A stretch of 34,022 nucleotides of DNA, taken from positions 1 to 34,022 of the forward strand of contig JBFJHJ010000032.1 in the NCBI GenBank assembly GCA_041613315.1, given 5' to 3'. Each line of letters begins with the position of its first letter. Position 1 is the first letter of the stretch. The DNA is from Gemmatimonadales bacterium (GTDB lineage: Bacteria > Gemmatimonadota > Gemmatimonadetes > Gemmatimonadales > GWC2-71-9). Made by a program: the position numbers and the translations under genes. Below the pieces are notes generated by a model. The model made no database searches and was not told where the DNA came from. It worked only from the letters and a program-made list of their open reading frames with translations. Shown here one piece after another: positions 8,488 to 17,922 of the stretch.

Positions 8488-9914
8488 ACCGCCTCGGCGA
8501 TGGCCGGCCGCCCGCACCAGGCGCATCGGGACGGTGCCGGCTCAGAGCGGAATTCCTCGTCGGCCAACACCCGAATCGTCGCCTTCGTTCGGTCCTTGAC
8601 CGCCATCTCGCACTCGCCGGAGCCGCAGAACCCTCCATACGCGAAGCCGCCGGGCCCCTCCATCTGCTCGATCAACGTCTCCTTCGTGACGTTCCGTACG
8701 GAGTGCGCTTCGCGTCGCGCGTGGGCAGCCTCCAACAGGCCGTGCTGCACCTCGTCCAACGCCGTCCGTACGTGGTCGGCCAGGCCGGCGAAGGGCACCG
8801 GTGTCTTCCCACCGGTGCGTCGTGCAAGCACCGCCTGCCCCTTGCCCACGTCCCGCGGGCCCACCTCCAGTCGCACCGGCACGCCCCGCTCCTCCCACTC
8901 GAAGTACTTGGCACCGGGCTTCATGCCGTCCCGCTCGTCCAGATGCACCCGAATGCCGGCGTCACGAAGCTCGCTGCGGAGACGGGCCGCCGTCTCCGAG
9001 ACCGTCGCGCGCTCGTCGTCGTTTTTCCAGATCGGCACGATCACCGCCTGCACTGGCGCCAGCCGCGGCGGCGTGACCAGGCCGACGTCATCGCCGTGCG
9101 TCATGATGAGTCCACCCACCAGCCGAGTGGAGACGCCCCACGACGTACTCCAGACGTAGTCCAGATCGCCCGCCGCCGTTTGGAATTGCACGCCGAACGC
9201 GCGAGCGAAGTTCTGTCCCAGATGGTGCGAGGTGCCCGCCTGGAGCCCCCGGTTGTCCTGCATCAACGCCTCGAGCGCGTAGGTGCGGAGCGCGCCGGCG
9301 AACCGCTCGCTCTCCGTCTTCACGCCCGTGAGGACCGGCATCGCCATCCACTCTTCCATGAACTGCCGGTACAGCCCCAGAATGAGACGCGCCTCCGCCT
9401 CGGCCTCCGCGTCGGTGGCGTGCGCGGTGTGGCCCTCCTGCCAGAGGAACTCCGTCGTGCGGAGGAAGAGCCGTGTGCGGAGCTCCCAGCGCACCACGTT
9501 GGCCCACTGGTTCAGCAGCATCGGGAGATCCCGATAACTCTGAATCCATTTCGCGAACATCGCGTAGATGATGGTCTCGGAGGTGGGCCGCACCACCAGC
9601 GGCTCCTCCAGCTCCCTGCCGCCGCCGTGGGTCACGACCGCCGTTTCCGGGGCGAACCCCTCGACGTGCTCGGCCTCCTTGGCCAGGAAGCTCTGCGGGA
9701 TGAACAGCGGGAAGTAGGCGTTCTGGTGGCCTGTCTGCTTGAACAGGTCGTCCAGCGCCCGCTGCATCAGCTCCCAGATGCCGTACCCGCCGGGCCGAAT
9801 CACCATGCAGCCTCGTACCGGCGAGTAGTCGGCGAGCTCCGCCCGCATGATCACGTCGTTGTACCATGCGGCGAAATCTTCGGCTCGCGGTGTGATCTTC
9901 TTGTTGTCCGCCAT
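8469..9914 (-). CDS. proS: Proline--tRNA ligase, archaeal/eukaryote-type
   Basis: AEHVEGFAPE, VRPTSET, NQWANVVRWE, FLRTTEFLWQEGHT, QAGTSHHLGQNF, SWGVSTR; C-terminal Cys cluster and terminal AKAY; no INS editing domain. ATG 9914 with GG-rich SD. Confidence 0.96.
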   Translation of the reverse strand: MADNKKITPRAEDFAAWYNDVIMRAELADYSPVRGCMVIRPGGYGIWELMQRALDDLFKQTGHQNAYFPLFIPQSFLAKEAEHVEGFAPETAVVTHGGGRELEEPLVVRPTSETIIYAMFAKWIQSYRDLPMLLNQWANVVRWELRTRLFLRTTEFLWQEGHTAHATDAEAEAEARLILGLYRQFMEEWMAMPVLTGVKTESERFAGALRTYALEALMQDNRGLQAGTSHHLGQNFARAFGVQFQTAAGDLDYVWSTSWGVSTRLVGGLIMTHGDDVGLVTPPRLAPVQAVIVPIWKNDDERATVSETAARLRSELRDAGIRVHLDERDGMKPGAKYFEWEERGVPVRLEVGPRDVGKGQAVLARRTGGKTPVPFAGLADHVRTALDEVQHGLLEAAHARREAHSVRNVTKETLIEQMEGPGGFAYGGFCGSGECEMAVKDRTKATIRVLADEEFRSEPAPSRCAWCGRPAIAEAVWAKAY

Positions 9915-9951
9915 TCCCCCTCGTGGACTCCTCGTGGCCGGCCCGCGGCGC

Positions 9952-11313
9952 TCAGCGATCCGCCGTCGGCGACGGCGCCGACCCTCGGCCCGCCGCAGGC
10001 GGCGCCGTGCTCGCCACGCCAGCTCGCCAATCGACGCCGTCGGCGAGTCGATCGAAGCCGACGCGGGCCTCCTCACCCGTCTCCAGGTTCCGCACGATGG
10101 CCGCACCTGCCGTCCGTTCGTCGGGCCCGACTACCACGGCAAAGCGGGCGGGACGAGCGGCCGCCAGCTTGAGTTGTTTCCCCATGGATTGGTGCCGCAG
10201 GGCGAACTCCACGCCGAGACCCAGATCCCGCAGCGTGTGTGCGAGCCGCAACACCGGCGCCACGTCCTCCGCGGTGACGGCGACGAGAAACGCATCCAGG
10301 CGTCGGTCGGGGAGTGTCGCGCTCCCCCGCTCCCGGATCAGGTGTCCGAGCACCACGTCCCCCATCCCGAATCCCACCGCGGGAAGGTCCACGCCGCCCA
10401 ACGCCAAGAGCAATCCATCATAGCGGCCGCCCCCGCAGATCGCGCGGAGCGCCCGTCCACGATCGAACAGCTCGAAGACGACGCCGGTGTAGTAGGCAAG
10501 CCCGCGCACGATCGAGAGATCGATCTCCACGAAGGCGCCGAGGCCCATGGCGGTGAGCGCCTCGGCACATTGGAACAACCCCTCGCCGGCGCGCTCACCC
10601 CCCGGCGCCGCCTCGAGCGCCGTCCGGACCGCGGCGGGTCCCTTCAATGCCCCGACGGCCAGGGCGCGTTCGGCAACCTGCCGCGACACGCCCGCGTCAG
10701 CCGCCAGGCGCTCGATGAGCACGCCCTGGGGCTCCCGGCCGAGCTTGTCGATCTGCGCGTACGCGAGCTGAACCTGCCCGTCCGAGAGGCCCGCCGATGC
10801 GAGGAGGCACCGGGCGACGCGTCGGTCGGACAGCCGGACCCGCACCTCGTCGGGCCCGAGGTCGAACGCGCGCATGATGTCCAACGCCGCCGCGATCACC
10901 TCCGCATCCGCCAGCGCGCCAGGCTCGCCGAGCAGATCCATGTTGAGTTGGAAGTGCTCGCGCAGCCGCCCTTTTTGCTGCCGTTCGTAGCGGAAGAGCT
11001 GCGGTACCGAGAACCAGCGGATCGGCTTCTTGAAGGCCGCCGCGCGCAGGGCGACCATCCGCGCGAGCGTCGGCGTCATCTCCGGCCGCAGGGCGATCGC
11101 CCGACCGCCTTTGTCTTCGAAGGCGTAGAGCTGGCCGACGATCTCTTCGCCGCTCTTTTCGGTGTACAGCTCGAGCGGCTCCAGCGGCGGGCCGTCGTAT
11201 TCTTCGAAACCGTACCGCGCGGCGACCACGCGCCAGACGGCCAGGATATGGTTCCGGAGAGCAGCGTCCTCGGGGTAGAAATCGCGAAAACCGGGGAGCG
11301 CTTGGGCGGGCAT
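9952..11313 (-). CDS. hisS: Histidine--tRNA ligase
   Basis: GFRDFYP, LRPEMTP, FRYERQQKGRLREHFQ, VRGLAYYTG, GGGRYD, AVGFGMG, C-terminal anticodon domain. Confidence 0.96.
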   Translation of the reverse strand: MPAQALPGFRDFYPEDAALRNHILAVWRVVAARYGFEEYDGPPLEPLELYTEKSGEEIVGQLYAFEDKGGRAIALRPEMTPTLARMVALRAAAFKKPIRWFSVPQLFRYERQQKGRLREHFQLNMDLLGEPGALADAEVIAAALDIMRAFDLGPDEVRVRLSDRRVARCLLASAGLSDGQVQLAYAQIDKLGREPQGVLIERLAADAGVSRQVAERALAVGALKGPAAVRTALEAAPGGERAGEGLFQCAEALTAMGLGAFVEIDLSIVRGLAYYTGVVFELFDRGRALRAICGGGRYDGLLLALGGVDLPAVGFGMGDVVLGHLIRERGSATLPDRRLDAFLVAVTAEDVAPVLRLAHTLRDLGLGVEFALRHQSMGKQLKLAAARPARFAVVVGPDERTAGAAIVRNLETGEEARVGFDRLADGVDWRAGVASTAPPAAGRGSAPSPTADR

Positions 11314-11319
11314 CGCAAC

Positions 11320-11349
11320 AATCTACCCGAGCGGCGCAAACCCGGGCAA
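11320..11349 (-). promoter_or_regulatory. Candidate internal promoter giving a leaderless hisS mRNA
   Basis: TTGCCC-N18-TAGATT within the folC 3' end, with the -10 overlapping the folC TAG; 6 nt to the hisS ATG; no SD. Confidence 0.5.
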
Positions 11350-12528
11350 GCGTGCCATGGCGTCGCCAACGGTGTGGAACGAGCCTGTCACGAGCACCGT
11401 CTCGGCTCCCTGGCGCGCGGCGCCGAGGGCCGTGTCGAAATCGGCCTCCACGGTCAGGTTGGACAGCGGCAGCGCCGCCACCCGCGCGAGATCCCAGCGG
11501 CGTTCCGGCGGGGCGCTGGCCGGCATCGTGGCCCACACATGGTCGGCGCCGCCGGCGACAGCCTGGACCATCGCGTCCCAGTCTTTGTCCCGCAGCACGC
11601 CCACGAGCGCCTGGAGCGGCCGTGGCGGCTGCAGCGCGTGCAGCCCGGCCAGGAGCGTGGCGATCCCGTCGGGGTTGTGCGCCACGTCGAAGATCCACTT
11701 CCCGCGCACATCGAACCGGCCGGGCAACCACGCGCTGGCGAAGCCCCGACGGATGGCCGGGGCCGCAGGCCGGAGATCCCCGGGGAGCGCTTCGAGCGCG
11801 GCGTATGCGACGGCCGCGTTCCGACGCTGGTGCTCCCCCCTCATCCGGAGCGGCCCGTCGTAGCGGTCTCCCGCGGCCACAGGGATCACACGGGCGCCTG
11901 CTCCCACCGCCGCGTCCGCCAGGACGGCCACGACGGCGGGATCGGTCTCACCGACCACGAACGGCCGACCGGGTTTCGCGATGCCCGCCTTCTCGCGGGC
12001 GATGCTGTCGAGGGAGGCGCCCAGGTACTCCGTGTGCTCCAGCGCCACGTGCGTGACGACGCTTACGAGGGGATCCAACACGTTGGTGCTGTCGAGACGC
12101 CCCCCGAGCCCCACCTCGACGACGGCGACGTCGGCCCCCCGCGCCGCGGCGTCGGCGAAGGCGATGGCCGTCGTGGCCTCGAAGAAACTGGCGCCGAGGC
12201 GCTCCACCGCCGGTCGGAGCCGCGACGTCCAGGCGGCGAACGCGTCGGCCGAGATCGGCTGGCCATCCACCACCATGCGCTCGCGCACGTCCACGAGATG
12301 TGGCGACGTGTACAGCGCGGTCCGCACGCCGCCGGCCCGCAGGGCCCCGGCGAGGTACGCGGCCACGGAACCCTTGCCGTTGGTGCCGCCGACGTGGATC
12401 GCCTGAAAGTGTCGCTCGGGGTGCCCCAGCTCCTCGAGAAGCGCTCGGGTGGGGGCCAGCGACCACTTGGGACTGCCGGCCGTACGCGGGGTGAGAAAGC
12501 GTACGGCGTCGGCGAAGGTGAGGGTCAG
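11323..12528 (-). CDS. folC: Bifunctional folylpolyglutamate/dihydrofolate synthase, probable CTG start
   Basis: The frame is open upstream of the track's GTG: LTLTFADAVRFL...LGHPERHFQAIHVGGTNGKGS; then YTSPHL, FFEATT, EVGLGGRLDSTN, DVAHNP, TGSF. CTG 12528 overlaps the accD TGA. Confidence 0.92.
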   Translation of the reverse strand: MTLTFADAVRFLTPRTAGSPKWSLAPTRALLEELGHPERHFQAIHVGGTNGKGSVAAYLAGALRAGGVRTALYTSPHLVDVRERMVVDGQPISADAFAAWTSRLRPAVERLGASFFEATTAIAFADAAARGADVAVVEVGLGGRLDSTNVLDPLVSVVTHVALEHTEYLGASLDSIAREKAGIAKPGRPFVVGETDPAVVAVLADAAVGAGARVIPVAAGDRYDGPLRMRGEHQRRNAAVAYAALEALPGDLRPAAPAIRRGFASAWLPGRFDVRGKWIFDVAHNPDGIATLLAGLHALQPPRPLQALVGVLRDKDWDAMVQAVAGGADHVWATMPASAPPERRWDLARVAALPLSNLTVEADFDTALGAARQGAETVLVTGSFHTVGDAMARLPGFAPLG

Positions 12529-13382
12529 CTCGCGGCCTCCGCCGCCTCGAGCCCCAACATGTGCCGGAGCAGACGCGCCGTCGTGCGGGCGAGCTCGGAC
12601 CGTGGCACCACGATATCGACCATCCCGTGCTCCAGCAGGAACTCCGCCGTCTGGAAGCGCTCCGGGAGCTCCTGACCAATCGTTTGCTTGATGACCCGCG
12701 GCCCCGCGAACCCGATGACCGCCCCCGGCTCCGCGATGTTCACGTCCCCCTGCATCGCGTAGGACGCGGACACGCCGCCCGTCGTCGGATTCGTCAGAAT
12801 CGAGACAAACGGAAGTCCGGCGTCTCGCAGCCGCGCGATGAGCACCGACGTCTTGGCCATCTGCATGAGGCTCAGCACGCCCTCCTGCATCCGTGCGCCG
12901 CCTGACGCCGACACCAGCACGAGCGGCGTCCGGTGCTGTAACGCGCGCTCGGTGAGCCGCGCCACCTTCTCGCCGACGACCGATCCCATCGAGCCACCCA
13001 TAAAGGCGAAGTCCATCGCCCCGAGGTGCAGCGGCACGCGCGTGAGCGTGGCGTGTCCCGTGATGATCGCCTCGCCATCACCGGCCTTGCGGTGCGCCGC
13101 CAGGATGCGGTCCCGATACCCCTCGAAACCCAATGCATCCGTGGAGCGGAGATCGCCGTCGAGCTCGATGAAGCTGTCCGGATCGGTCAGGATCTCGATG
13201 TAGCGTCGGGCGGGGATTCGCCGATGAGCGTCACACGTGGGACAGACCTGTAAGGCCCGCTCGAACTTCTCGCTGAGGTCGACGTGGCCGCACTCCTCGC
13301 ACTTGTCCCACGCGTCCGGCGGGATCTCCAGCCGCTCGCGTTGGGAGGTACGTTGCTTCCGGTCCTTCCGAAACCAAGCCAC
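12525..13382 (-). CDS. accD: Acetyl-CoA carboxylase carboxyltransferase beta subunit
   Basis: Zn finger CEEC...CPTC, FMGGSMGSVVGEK, SGGARMQEG, PTTGGVSAS, IGFAGPRVI, FQTAEFLLEHG. Confidence 0.97.
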   Translation of the reverse strand: MAWFRKDRKQRTSQRERLEIPPDAWDKCEECGHVDLSEKFERALQVCPTCDAHRRIPARRYIEILTDPDSFIELDGDLRSTDALGFEGYRDRILAAHRKAGDGEAIITGHATLTRVPLHLGAMDFAFMGGSMGSVVGEKVARLTERALQHRTPLVLVSASGGARMQEGVLSLMQMAKTSVLIARLRDAGLPFVSILTNPTTGGVSASYAMQGDVNIAEPGAVIGFAGPRVIKQTIGQELPERFQTAEFLLEHGMVDIVVPRSELARTTARLLRHMLGLEAAEAAS

Positions 13383-13471
13383 TCACGCCTCGGGGTGCGG
13401 GTCCGGAGCTGGCGGGGAAGAGGGGGAATCTCGCCGCCCACGGTCGGCGGCGCCACCCCCGGGGAGCGCCC

Positions 13472-14713
13472 TCAGAGCCCCGCGTACCCGGAGCCACGAC
13501 TTTCTCGAGCCACGCGCATCGCCATCCCGATGCCGAGACAGCAGGCGAGGAGGAACGAGCCGCCGTAGGAGAAGAACGGGAGTGGGATGCCGGTGATCGG
13601 CATCAAGCCGACGGTCATCCCGACGTTTACGACGATGTGCGTCAGCAGCATGCCGGCAACACCGAACACGACCATCGACGAAAACGGGTCGGTGGCATGG
13701 CGGGCGATCCGGATCAGGATCAGGATGCACACCGCAAAGAGCAGCAACGTCGCCAACACCCAGAGGAACCCTCCCTCCTCGCCGACGATCGAGTAGACGA
13801 AATCGGTGTGCTGTGCCGGCAGGAAGGCCAATCGCTTCTGCGACCCTTCCGCGAACCCCTCGCCCAGGAGCCCGCCCGATCCGATCGCCACCTTCGATTG
13901 GATGATGTGCCAGCCCGTGGCCCGGGGATCGATCTCAGGATTCAGAAATGAGAGCAGGCGGTTCTGCTGATAGGGCGCGAGCCGGTCCCACAGCGCCAGG
14001 GCCACCACCCCCATCGCCACGTTGGCCAGCCAGACCGTCAGTCCTTCCAGCACGAACGGGCGCACCCAGAGGAGCAGGCCCGAGACCATGACGATCCAGA
14101 TGCCCCACGACAGGGTCGAGAACGCCATCAAGAGGCTGATGAGGGGCGAGGCAAACAGCAAGAGGACCCACGGGCTCACGCTGGTCCAGTACAGCATCGT
14201 GGCGAGGATGCCGAGAAACACGATCGCGCTGCCCAGATCCGGCTGCAGCGCGACCAGCAGGAACGGTGCGCCGATGATGGCGACCGAGGGCATGAGCTCG
14301 GCGAGGCCGCTCGGAGCCTCGCGCCGTCCGCCGAAGTGCCTCGCCAGCATGAGGATCGTCGCGATCTTGGCGACCTCCGCCGGCTGGCCCAGGCGCACGC
14401 CCCCGATGGCGATCCACGACTTCGTCGCAGCCGCCGTCCCGGCGCCGGTCCCGATCAGCAGAGTGAAGGCGAGGAGAAGGAGCGCGAAGACGTACAGGAA
14501 CGGCGTCGCCCACTCGAGGATCCTTGGCGAGATGCGATACGCCAGGACCGCTCCCACGATGCCGATCCCCAACCACACGAGCTGCCGGCGCCACAGCCCC
14601 TCCGCGGGCGAAGGGACGTCCGTCAGGCCCGCGGAGTAGAGCGTGAGCATCCCCAGGACGACGAGGATGCCGACGACGATGACGAGTGGTCTATCGAGGC
14701 CGCCGCGGTCCAC
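13472..14713 (-). CDS. rodA: Rod shape-determining SEDS glycosyltransferase RodA
   Basis: Multi-TM; QPAEVAK, QPDLG, QSKVAIGSGG, LPAQHTDF, GIPLPFFSYGGS; follows PBP2. Confidence 0.95.
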   Translation of the reverse strand: MDRGGLDRPLVIVVGILVVLGMLTLYSAGLTDVPSPAEGLWRRQLVWLGIGIVGAVLAYRISPRILEWATPFLYVFALLLLAFTLLIGTGAGTAAATKSWIAIGGVRLGQPAEVAKIATILMLARHFGGRREAPSGLAELMPSVAIIGAPFLLVALQPDLGSAIVFLGILATMLYWTSVSPWVLLLFASPLISLLMAFSTLSWGIWIVMVSGLLLWVRPFVLEGLTVWLANVAMGVVALALWDRLAPYQQNRLLSFLNPEIDPRATGWHIIQSKVAIGSGGLLGEGFAEGSQKRLAFLPAQHTDFVYSIVGEEGGFLWVLATLLLFAVCILILIRIARHATDPFSSMVVFGVAGMLLTHIVVNVGMTVGLMPITGIPLPFFSYGGSFLLACCLGIGMAMRVARESRGSGYAGL

Positions 14714-16577
14714 GGCCGATTGAGTCGCCCGGCGCGATGCGGAGCAGTATGGTATCCGGGAGAATCGGCACCGGCTCCGGCGCGGAGTCCGCGGGCATCA
14801 CCAGCTCCGACTCGATGGCCGCCGTCGGCGCCACGTCCTGACCGACGAGGTAGCGGGCGACCACGCGGTTCACCCAGGGGGCCAGGGCCGACCCGTGCTT
14901 GGCGAACTCGACGACGGCGCCGATGACGATCTTCGGATTGTCCGCCGGCGCGAACGCGATGAACCACCCGTGGTCGTCTCCGTGGGGGTTTTGCGCCGTC
15001 CCCGTCTTGCCCGCGATGCGAAGGTCGGCGATGCGTGCCCCGGCCGCCGTACCCCGATTCACCACTTCCACGAGCGAGTGGCGCAGGTCACCCAGGGCGT
15101 CGAGATCGAGCCCCAGCTCGCGCAGCACGGGCGGCGCTCCCAGGGCGATGCGCGGTTCCGGCATGGCGCCCCTGGGGTTGGCCAGGGCCGCGTAGAAGCG
15201 CACCATGTTGATCAGGGTCTGCGCGTTCTCTCCCTGCCCGATGGCGAGGTTGAGCGCGACGGCGCTGGTCCAGCCCCGCGGGCCGTACAGGCGGTTGTAA
15301 TACTCGGTGGATGGGGGATACAGCGACCGATACTCGTTGGGGAGATCGATCCCGGTCCGCTCGCGGAACCCCAGCTCGACCCCGTCCTGTATCTGGGTCT
15401 CGACCCCGAGCTTGATCCCGAGCTGGTAGAAGTAGACGTCGCACGAGAGTTGAATCGCTTCCCCGAGGGTCAGGTCGCCGTGTCCCTGGACGCGCCAGCA
15501 CCGGAAGTACCGGTTGTAATAGCGCATGCCGCCGGTGCACGGAATCGGCATGCGGCTGCCGATGTTCACGACGCCCCGCTTCAGGGCCATCGTCGCAATC
15601 ACGAGCTTCCACGGCGACGCCGGCGGATAGCGTGCCTGGATCGCTCGATTGAACAGCGGATGATCCTCGGCGTTTTCAATCTCGCGCCACAACTCCGGAT
15701 CGATGCCGCCAATGAAGGCGTTCGGGTCGTAGCTCGGCGCGGAGTGAAGCGCCAGCACCTCGCCGGTACGCGGGTCCATGGCCACGACGGCACCACGGCG
15801 GCCGGGCGGGAAGGCATCCACGATGAAGCGCTGGAGATCCACATCGAGCGCGAGCCGGATTGTCTCGCCCGGCTGGGGCTCCAGGGTGGATTCCTCCGGG
15901 GCGGCGCGCACCGTCCGACCCAGCGCATCCACCTCGACGAACTTGACGCCGTCCTTCCCCCGGAGCCGGGGGTCGTACTCGCGCTCGGCGCCGGCCCGGC
16001 CCACGAGCGTGCCGAGGCGGGCGTCCCGGAACGAACCGGCGGCCAGCTCCTGCTCGGTGATCTCCGCGACATAGCCCAGCACATGGGCGGCGAGATCGCC
16101 CTGCGGGTAGCGGCGCTTCGGTTCGCTCTGGATCACCAGCCCGGGCAGCCACGCGCGCCGCTCCTCCAACGCCGAGATCACATCGAAGGGCGCGTCCCGC
16201 CGGATCACCACGGGTTCGGTGGGGGCGCGGCGGTAGCGCCGCAGGACTCCGGCGTGGGTGGCCGAATCGAGGGTCACGAGCGGCGCCAGCCGCGCGAGCA
16301 CGGTCTGGAGCGATTCCGGCGACGCCGCCAGGAGCGCCACGGAGTACCCCGGGATGTTCTCGGCGACCACGGTGCCGTGACGGTCGGTAATGAGTCCCCG
16401 CGGAGCCGGCAGCGGGACAGCGCGCAGGCGGTTTTCCGTCGATTGCAGCTGATAGCGGGAGGAGCTCAGGATTTGCACGCGAAAGAACGCGACCGCGAGC
16501 ACCCCGAAGACGGCGGCCACGATCCAGCCGGCCGCCCGGGCGCGCCGGGCCATCGCGTGGGGGTGGTTCCAGTTCAC
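14691..16577 (-). CDS. mrdA: Penicillin-binding protein 2
   Basis: N-terminal TM, APRGLITDR, SxxK (SPWK), SCD, KTGT. GTG 16577 overlaps the mreD TGA. Confidence 0.95.
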   Translation of the reverse strand: MNWNHPHAMARRARAAGWIVAAVFGVLAVAFFRVQILSSSRYQLQSTENRLRAVPLPAPRGLITDRHGTVVAENIPGYSVALLAASPESLQTVLARLAPLVTLDSATHAGVLRRYRRAPTEPVVIRRDAPFDVISALEERRAWLPGLVIQSEPKRRYPQGDLAAHVLGYVAEITEQELAAGSFRDARLGTLVGRAGAEREYDPRLRGKDGVKFVEVDALGRTVRAAPEESTLEPQPGETIRLALDVDLQRFIVDAFPPGRRGAVVAMDPRTGEVLALHSAPSYDPNAFIGGIDPELWREIENAEDHPLFNRAIQARYPPASPWKLVIATMALKRGVVNIGSRMPIPCTGGMRYYNRYFRCWRVQGHGDLTLGEAIQLSCDVYFYQLGIKLGVETQIQDGVELGFRERTGIDLPNEYRSLYPPSTEYYNRLYGPRGWTSAVALNLAIGQGENAQTLINMVRFYAALANPRGAMPEPRIALGAPPVLRELGLDLDALGDLRHSLVEVVNRGTAAGARIADLRIAGKTGTAQNPHGDDHGWFIAFAPADNPKIVIGAVVEFAKHGSALAPWVNRVVARYLVGQDVAPTAAIESELVMPADSAPEPVPILPDTILLRIAPGDSIGRGPRRPR

Positions 16578-17071
16578 TCCGACATCCTCACATCGAGCCA
16601 GCGCCGAAACGCGAACAACGTCACCATGCCCGCCAGCGCCGTGGTGACCGCCCTGACCGGCGACCAGAAAACCAACTGCCACAGCAGCACGGAACCGGCC
16701 ACGTGTCGGCCCGCGACCAGCACGATGAAGTCCCGCACCAAGCTACCCACGAATACGAATCCCGTGTTCACCATCAGGTTCTCGGCGAAGAACACGGCCT
16801 TCCCCCACGCCGCCAGGTACCCCACCAGCGTGTGCGCCAACACCCCGGCGCCGAACGCGACGGGCGTCAAAGCATCCGCCACCAGCCCCACGACAAAGCC
16901 CGCGATCGCGGCGTCGCCCGGCCGGGCCCGGATCGCGTACACCAGGAGCGCGACCAACAGAAAATCGGGCGCGACGCGCGGGTCACCGAGCAACGGTAAC
17001 ACCGTAAAGTGCAGCACGGCCAGGAGCAGCAGGACGCCCGCCACCCGGTACCGGCCGCCGCGCACGGTCAC
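16574..17071 (-). CDS. mreD: Rod shape-determining protein MreD
   Basis: 165 aa hydrophobic protein with PDFLL and GLVAD, between mreC and mrdA; GTGA overlaps at both ends. Confidence 0.88.
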   Translation of the reverse strand: MTVRGGRYRVAGVLLLLAVLHFTVLPLLGDPRVAPDFLLVALLVYAIRARPGDAAIAGFVVGLVADALTPVAFGAGVLAHTLVGYLAAWGKAVFFAENLMVNTGFVFVGSLVRDFIVLVAGRHVAGSVLLWQLVFWSPVRAVTTALAGMVTLFAFRRWLDVRMSE

Positions 17072-17916
17072 GGCAAAATGTCGGTGAACGCCCCGCTCAA
17101 ATCCACCCGGGGGCCGGTCAGGATGATGACGTGCGAGACGGCGGCCGGTTGCACGGCCGGCTCCACGAGGTAGGTTCGCGACCAGCCCTCCTGCTCATCC
17201 AACACCGCCAGCACGGTGCCGATCGGCACACCACGAGGGTAGACACCGCTGCCGCCGCCCAGCCCGGACGTGTAGATCATCGTTCCGGGCGCGACGCGGA
17301 CGCCGTAGGGAACTCCCTGGAGCTCGAGGAGCATACGCCACGGTCCCTCGGCGCCGTGGGGCGCCACGATGCCGAACGCCTCGCCGTCCAGCGTCATCGC
17401 GCTCACCCGAAAGTCGGGGTGTGCCCACACGATGGCCACGGCTGATGCCGGTTCGACGCTGCGAACGATCCCCAAGAGTCCGCCGCGAGCGATCACCGGC
17501 GCCGTCGCCAGCACCCCGTCACGGGCGCCCGCGGCGAGTCTCAGCGTCAACCCGTCCGTGGGGGCGGCCTGGTGCAGCACGTCCGCCGCCACGTGGCGGA
17601 CCGGCAGGCGCTGGTGGAGCACCAGGAGTTCCCGAAGGCGCGTGTTCTCCTCTTCCAGCGCCTTGACCTCCAGCGCCGACAGAAAGGCGGAATCCCGTTG
17701 CGCCACGACGTCCGCATAGCTCGTCCGCGCGGCGCGCATGAGCAGCACCTGTTCCTGCAATGTCAGGAACGGCGCGAGAATGCTTCGCGTGATGACCGAT
17801 GCCAGTGTGTCCTGCACCGGGGGTGGGGCCATGCGCAGGGCCACCGACAGGAGGAGGCAGAGACCGAAGGCGAAGGTGTCGCGGCGGGTGTTGAAGCGGT
17901 CGGGTGCGATGCTCAC
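17068..17916 (-). CDS. mreC: Rod shape-determining protein MreC
   Basis: TM helix, coiled coil LEEENTRLRELL, TSGLGG..YPRGVPIG; directly after mreB. Confidence 0.92.
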   Translation of the reverse strand: MSIAPDRFNTRRDTFAFGLCLLLSVALRMAPPPVQDTLASVITRSILAPFLTLQEQVLLMRAARTSYADVVAQRDSAFLSALEVKALEEENTRLRELLVLHQRLPVRHVAADVLHQAAPTDGLTLRLAAGARDGVLATAPVIARGGLLGIVRSVEPASAVAIVWAHPDFRVSAMTLDGEAFGIVAPHGAEGPWRMLLELQGVPYGVRVAPGTMIYTSGLGGGSGVYPRGVPIGTVLAVLDEQEGWSRTYLVEPAVQPAAVSHVIILTGPRVDLSGAFTDILP

Positions 17917-17922
17917 GGCGCG

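Noticed and set aside
9915..10106. T-box leader or N-terminal extension for proS; Ala/Pro tail of hisS
   Set aside because: No T-box consensus. The upstream in-frame stretch overlaps hisS, and the hisS tail is short low-complexity sequence.
9847..12675. 942 aa plus-strand ORF, and similar long ORFs at 14895-17087, 19331-21580, 8460-10172 and 17572-19128
   Set aside because: They are antisense shadows of well-supported genes. Stop-poor reverse frames are expected at this GC content, and no family motifs are present.
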